Shown here piece by piece: positions 58,638-64,000 of a DNA stretch of 64,000 nt. The DNA is from a virus: positions 32,001 through 96,000 of IMG/VR virus record IMGVR_UViG_3300045988_039227. One strand, written 5' to 3'. The notes beneath the pieces were generated by a model. That model was not told where the DNA came from and made no database searches. It worked only from the letters and a program-made list of their open reading frames with translations. Position 1 is the first letter of the stretch, and every line of letters starts with the position of its first letter. The position numbers were made by a program, and so were the translations under genes.

Positions 58638-61600
58638 TACTAAATTCTCCTACCCCTAATATGAACTACGTGATCTTCATATACATTATCCATATTATCT
58701 GTTACATTATCAGAAACTAAGAACATTTCGCTCTCATGTAGATTACTATCAGAGTATGCGCTAGTTAAATTCGGATAGGATGGAAGCCCTACTATACGTA
58801 TGCCGCATTTGCCATTAGAAACGAATTCGACCGCTAAATCGCCCTCTTGTACATATGTCGAAAAATATGCCAGAGATTTAGATCCAATACCTATTCCGGT
58901 ACCAATGCCAGTTCCAATATACAACTAAGCATCATTGTCTCTAACATTAGAGAAAAACTTAGTTTTGCTATCTGTTGATATTCTCAATCCAGACTAAGAT
59001 TGTGAACCAGACTAGCTTTCTGATAAATAGTAAAGCTGCGCTATATTATTACCAGTTGTGTCATTTATAAACATTCCAGAAGATACCGCTTTTGCGTTTG
59101 TATCAGGACCAGTATAAACGGTTTGTTCTTTTGTTGTTATACAGGTCTATCCATTAGGGTTAATAAACGTTGCATCTGTTAAATTCGCCTTTTTTAAAAC
59201 AACATTTTCAAGCGTTGCGTCATTAGCTTTCAAAACACCGGTACTTGTAACAGTGAATGGGGCCGTTGTTAAATTAGCGTCAGATATTTCTCCGGCCCAT
59301 ATACGAACATCGCCTTTTCCTTCAGTTGTAACCTTACCACTCAATGGTGACGATTCGTCTACGGCTTTACTAGATGTCATACCAGCAACTATCTTATCAC
59401 CATCAAAAATAACAAGTTCGTTAGATGAAATTTCTTTTATAAACGCCTTATTAGCAATAACAAGATCAGCCACAACATTAGGAGATATAGTAAACGCTGA
59501 GAAATATGGAGCAGTATCAGGAGTTTTTTTCCATTGATCCTATTCTCCAAGATCAGTGTTCACACAAGCGTAATACATGTTATTATAAAGTACAACATCT
59601 TGATAGAATATACCATTTTCGGCATCTCTCTTTCCATCATAATATTTAAAGCCTTTATTCCAATCGGTTGTTATCTATCCATCAACTTCTCTAGACATTC
59701 TTAAAGGTGAGCCTTTAAATGTTTGCCCAGTAGATGAATCTCCTGGATCTCCCTTTTTACCAGATGCTGACACTGGGATAGCCATAGATGTAAGATATGC
59801 ACCATTTTTGTTATAGGCATATATAGTGACAACACTAGACTTAGATTGTACTGTTGTATTTACTGTGGCAACCCAATGATCAGAGCTATATTGTAAGTCT
59901 GTTTTATCATTTGAATTTAACTACAACCTTATATCAGCATCATTACCACCTACGCTACTTCCGTTTTTGTACAAATTAACATCGCAGCTCATCTGTAAGT
60001 TGTAATTCTAATCTGCTGGAGCATATGATAATGATATATTTGAAAGCTACAACTAATATGTTACACCGTTCAATCCATCTATACCAGACTTAACGATTGG
60101 AACATATTCGCTTAATGTTATTGTTCCATTTGTAGCTTTAAATAACATTCCACTCTCACCCTCTGTTTGGATCTAATCTGTTGATATAGTATTCCATGAA
60201 TCACCGTCATTTATACTATATGAGAACTACCAATCAGAGCTATTTGATGGAGTTATATTTGTAATCTTTGAGCCATCACTCTTTGCAACATATACACTAA
60301 TGAGATTTGGATACATTGCTCCATCTTGGAGATTAATAGCAGCAGCAGATGTTTTAATATCGTACGAAATAGCATTATCTCCTGGTATACCATCAGCACC
60401 TCTAACAAGACCAAATAACTAAATTTCAGCCTATCTAACCTATGATGACACAGATGTAGATGTTGGAGTGCCGACAAGGATTATTTTATAATATATATCG
60501 TTGTCAAAAGATAAAGTATTCTCTGGTATGTTTATATTAACCTAATTTCCCTCTATTGTGAAATACTGATCTTTGTTTGAGCTATAATCATTTCCTGCAG
60601 AATCAGTAAAAGAACCTATTGATAACGTAAAGTCAATTGGATCACCATCATTATACATATACGCCGTAGATGATGATTCAAATCTCTTATTCTTATTATC
60701 CTGTGTCAAATAAAGATATTTGTTCTCTCCGACAACATCCATGATAAGAGCACTTGCTATACCATCTTTAGAATAATAACTCCACAATGCAGGACTAGAA
60801 TAAGCGTGCCAATAAACATTTTCGCTACCAGCATCGGCATATTTCTTTCTTACGCAAACCCACTGCTTATAACCAGGACCTTTCTTTTCTAAATCCTATG
60901 GATCATCAGTCCATTCAGAACCTTCCCTGATGTATTCGTTATTCTAAAAACCTTCGTCGTTAGTCCATGTTTCTGGGAGATTATGTGTTGGAGCAATCAA
61001 TGCAGCGTAGTATATGTATTCTACTCCATCTCCATCCATACCATTCTATCCAAAGTGCGACCATACAAATGGCTGGCTCCACTGAGGACTCCACTGTCCT
61101 TTAGTATTTATGGCTACCGAGCAATACTCATAAGGACGATCTTTAGTGACTCCATTTGGGTGATCGGTCCATCCTTCTGGTACAACTGGAACGCCATCTT
61201 GTATAGATACATTTCCAGGACTATATATATTTTCTCCTTCAATAGCTGTTTTGTATATGAAGTTAACGCCACTACCATCTTCTCCTGCGGTACCGCTTCC
61301 TGTAAGACATATTGGATTTATATATTCTCCATACTAGCCATTACCGTTTATGAATACCTATGTCATCCATACGAGGTGACCTTCTCTGTAATTAGGGGCA
61401 TTCTCCAGCCAACCAGAACCTTCCTCTGGTTGTCTATTATCAGCAGGTTTAGTTACAGATGTGACTTTATTAGAAGTCTCTTTAAAATAAGACTTGTAGT
61501 ATCCATACTTTGTAGGATCTACATCTGACCCACCTCCGCCAACAGGGATTTTTATATCACCGCCGTCTTCAATTGAATAATATATGTCATTTATAATTAA

Positions 61601-62263
61601 TCTTGATAATGTGCCTTTTCTTATATAATTCTTAAGCTGGTCCTAAACATAGCTAACATCAACATAATTGCCAACTCCGCTACCTGATAAAGCAACCTCA
61701 AATTTACCGCCATTCTTCTGTATGAGAATAAGCTTATTATCTTTTATTGTAAATTCAGATATAGAGTAATCTTTTGCTATATCAGAATTTTTAAGCATAT
61801 TATTTATCTCTGCTTTGGTATAATAGCTATCAGCATCAAACTTTGTATAATCTACTATTTTTAGATATGTAGAATCAGCGTAATCCTTTGTAACATATCC
61901 ATCAAGCTTGATACTTTTGATGGCATCGTCTACATATTTCTTTTTAGCATAATCACCTAAGTTTAAATCAGCTATAGCACTAGCTATCAGCTTTGTTACC
62001 TCAAGTAATATCTCCTGCTTAATGGAACCACTTCCATCACCAGTTATTTCATTTAGCTGATCCTAGATATCTTTTAAAGCTTCTTTGCTAGCTTTATTAT
62101 TCCATCCATCTCTCTCTTCCTGTGTTATATGAACAACTGTATCATTGATATGTTTACATAACCTAGAATAGATTGATGAATAGTACTGATCTACCTTTAG
62201 ATCCAGTTCTCCAATTGGATCTCTATGGCAGTGTTTTTCTGGTTCAACACAAAAATCAATCAT
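58637..62263 (-). CDS. Large fibre/spike-like virion protein, 1,208 aa
   Basis: ATG at 62263-62261. The gene ends TAG-TAA at 58642-58637. Track ORFs 62063..62263, 60542..60787, 59147..59473 and 58640..58924 are in one frame. All gaps read: ~25 TAG, no TAA/TGA. The sequence is beta-rich and Gly/Ser/Thr/Asn-rich. Confidence 0.7.
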
Positions 62264-62276
62264 ATTAATTCGTTTA

Positions 62277-62290
62277 AATTGTTAACAATT
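62277..62290. promoter_or_regulatory. Perfect 14-nt palindrome AATTGTTAACAATT, 14 nt upstream of the 62263 start codon
   Basis: Read directly from the sequence. It lies in the 78-nt spacer that also holds the inverted repeat ACTGTGG...CCACAGT (62296..62336). Confidence 0.3.
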
Positions 62291-62341
62291 ATAGTACTGT
62301 GGTGTCATTGAAGACCACGTCTAAAACGCCACAGTTATAGG

Positions 62342-62824
62342 TTAAATGAAGTTGTTCCAATCTATTGCATCGTTTTTACCCATTACATCGGCAATGTATC
62401 TACAGAACTGTATACCTTCATATCCGTCTTCATCATTAGCTACAGCCATAGCATAATCTAAGCACTATCTCTCATTAATCAATGATGGATAGAAATCAGC
62501 GTAAGCCATATTAGCTGTATATGTAATATCGTATATTGTAGACGTACTAGGTATGCTAATCTTATTAACGTTTATAAGACTCTGTATCTAATCTGCTGTC
62601 CATGTGTGTGAAGTGCCGTTATAGTTTACCATCTACTTACAAGCATGCTCACATAACTTCTTGTTGAAATGCTTTCCATACTTGTCTATGTACTTATGAT
62701 AATCTGTATCTTTGTAAGAACCAAAGGTAGCTGTATAGCTACCATCTTCATTCTGTTTTACATTAGCAGCGTACTTTGTATCGTGCTAATCATCACTGTG
62801 CCGTATTACTATTACTTTGTGCAT
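62342..62824 (-). CDS. Hypothetical protein, 160 aa
   Basis: ATG at 62824-62822, TAA stop at 62344-62342, 4 in-frame TAG, no TAA/TGA. Confidence 0.6.
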
Positions 62825-63296
62825 GGCTAAAAGAATTAATAAAGTTATTAACAGTTGATTCCATTCTACTTATAGACTCCTCTATCTTTGAGAATCTCTA
62901 TTCGGTCTCTTTCTTCTCTTTATAGATAGGATTAAGCTCAGACAGTAATGCTGTCGTCTTATCTACTACCTCCTTCTGTTTAGGAACTGACTCAAGTATC
63001 TTTTCAGCAGTATTCTTCATCTGCTCTACTTCAGCCATAAGACCTTGCTTATCTGTAGACAATACTACATCTCCTGCGTATGTAACAGACAAGTTCTCTG
63101 GTATTGAGTATGTTGCTGTCTTTGAGTTAGCCTCTATGGTTACATCTACAACCATCTGAGACTAACCCATTGTAGGCTTTGTATTTAAGTCTAAATGCGG
63201 AAATCCAACTGATATAACCTTGCCATCTGTAATAGTTATATCCTGTTTATTCAGTATATATACTGAATAGTTTTGTTTTACATCTTTAAATGCCAT
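62793..63296 (-). CDS. Hypothetical protein, 167 aa
   Basis: ATG at 63296-63294, TGA stop at 62795-62793, overlapping the next gene by 32 nt. 2 TAG. Extends track ORF 62898..63155 in both directions. Confidence 0.55.
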
Positions 63297-63316
63297 AAGC
63301 TTTATCTTTATATGTA

Positions 63317-63336
63317 AAGGCTCCCGAAGGAGCCCT
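63317..63336 (-). terminator. UUCG-tetraloop hairpin after gene 63354..64000 (terminator or stability element)
   Basis: Minus-strand RNA AGGGCUCC-UUCG-GGAGCCUU followed by U. The stem is 6 Watson-Crick pairs extended by G-U and A-U pairs. The U-tract is weak. Confidence 0.45.
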
Positions 63337-63353
63337 CACATAAATTAAACTTA

Positions 63354-64000
63354 TTAAGCTGTAGCAGTTGTCTTAAGTGCAGCAATCAAAGTAGCATTCT
63401 ACTTCTGCTGTGACAATTCAAGGCGAGCATCATTGTATCTCTGCTACAAATCTGACTGCCAATGATTGTTTAAAACGTCTACTATTCGCTGAGTATTGGT
63501 ATTTGCGTTCGTCTTAAGATCGCAAGCCATCTAACTCATCTGGAAACCAAGGTTACTTGCAGCTCTCTCCAAACCTGAGTTTGTGTAGCTGAAACCTGTC
63601 TGCATCTGGTTAACGATGTCCTTCTGCCCAAGTTGATTCTCGTAGCCCATCTTGATAATGTTCTATTGCGTCTGGCAGCAGCAGTTCTGCAATGCAGATG
63701 TAAGGTTAGCATCTCCGAGATTAATAGCGTTAATAACGCGTTCTGCAGAGAAGTTTACATTACCTGCTACTTCCTGGATACCGGACTTAACGCAGCAAAT
63801 AGCATTATTCAATGCGTTGAAGTCACAGTTCAGGTTAGAGGCTAACTATGTAATTGCATTAGCATTGCCTCTTATGGCATCCATTACCAATGAGCTATTC
63901 TGATTATCAGCGATCTGTGAACGCATTGCGTCGATCTGACTCTGGATTGCGTTGCCCTGGTTACCATCCTGGTTGTTCCACATACGCATAGCGAAGATCA
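63354..64000 (-). CDS. Hypothetical Asn/Gln-rich protein with Cys clusters. The 5' end lies beyond the window end.
   Basis: The frame is open from 64000 to a tandem TAA-TAA stop at 63356-63351. 5 in-frame TAG, no TAA/TGA. C-terminus ...NATLIAALKTTATA. Confidence 0.6.

Noticed and set aside
1-64000. The fragmented ORFs could reflect pseudogenisation, frameshifts or sequencing errors.
   Set aside because: Every interruption checked is the same codon (TAG). The frame is always preserved, and TAA/TGA never occur in frame across about 21,000 codons.
1-64000. TGA reassignment (code 4 or 25), or reassignment of both stops.
   Set aside because: No in-frame TGA was seen in any joined gene. TGA ends seven genes at compact, sensible gene junctions, three of them ATGA overlaps.

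Overview
The whole 64-kb window is one minus-strand block of 37 tightly packed phage late/virion genes, two of them cut by the window edges. Coding density is about 99%, and I found nothing credible on the plus strand.

Gene order, from high to low coordinates:
- three small genes and a 1,208-aa fibre-like protein
- a possible TerS, then TerL, portal and a virion peptidoglycan hydrolase-like protein
- a 630-aa protein, a scaffold-like protein and the major capsid protein
- four small head/neck-class proteins, then a structural protein followed by a strong terminator
- a structural protein with a Cys/His-rich insert
- a nine-gene modular tail-fibre cassette
- an endolysin/holin/spanin-like lysis cassette
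- tail-complex and ejected proteins, including one of 1,570 aa
- a 5,161-codon giant gene carrying a DFDID motif of the crAss-type virion RNA polymerase
- a further gene of at least 1,487 codons with an HExxH motif

This order plus the DFDID motif points to a crAss-like (Crassvirales-type) phage. That assignment is inference.

The main result is that TAG is a sense codon here, which is why the supplied standard-code ORF track is fragmented.
- Every interruption I checked is TAG, and the reading frame continues across it.
- Joining across TAG gives about 21,200 codons with roughly 460 in-frame TAG (hand count) and no in-frame TAA or TGA.
- All 36 stops inside the window are TAA (29) or TGA (7).
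- Two paralog alignments inside the window place TAG opposite CAA or CAG, so TAG most likely encodes Gln.

TAG load varies strongly by gene. The capsid gene and the endolysin have none, while the holin, spanin and ejected proteins are heavily loaded. I found no suppressor tRNA or release-factor gene in this window.

All coordinates and counts come from manual codon-by-codon reading. Functional names other than TerL, the polymerase motif and the fibres are low-confidence.
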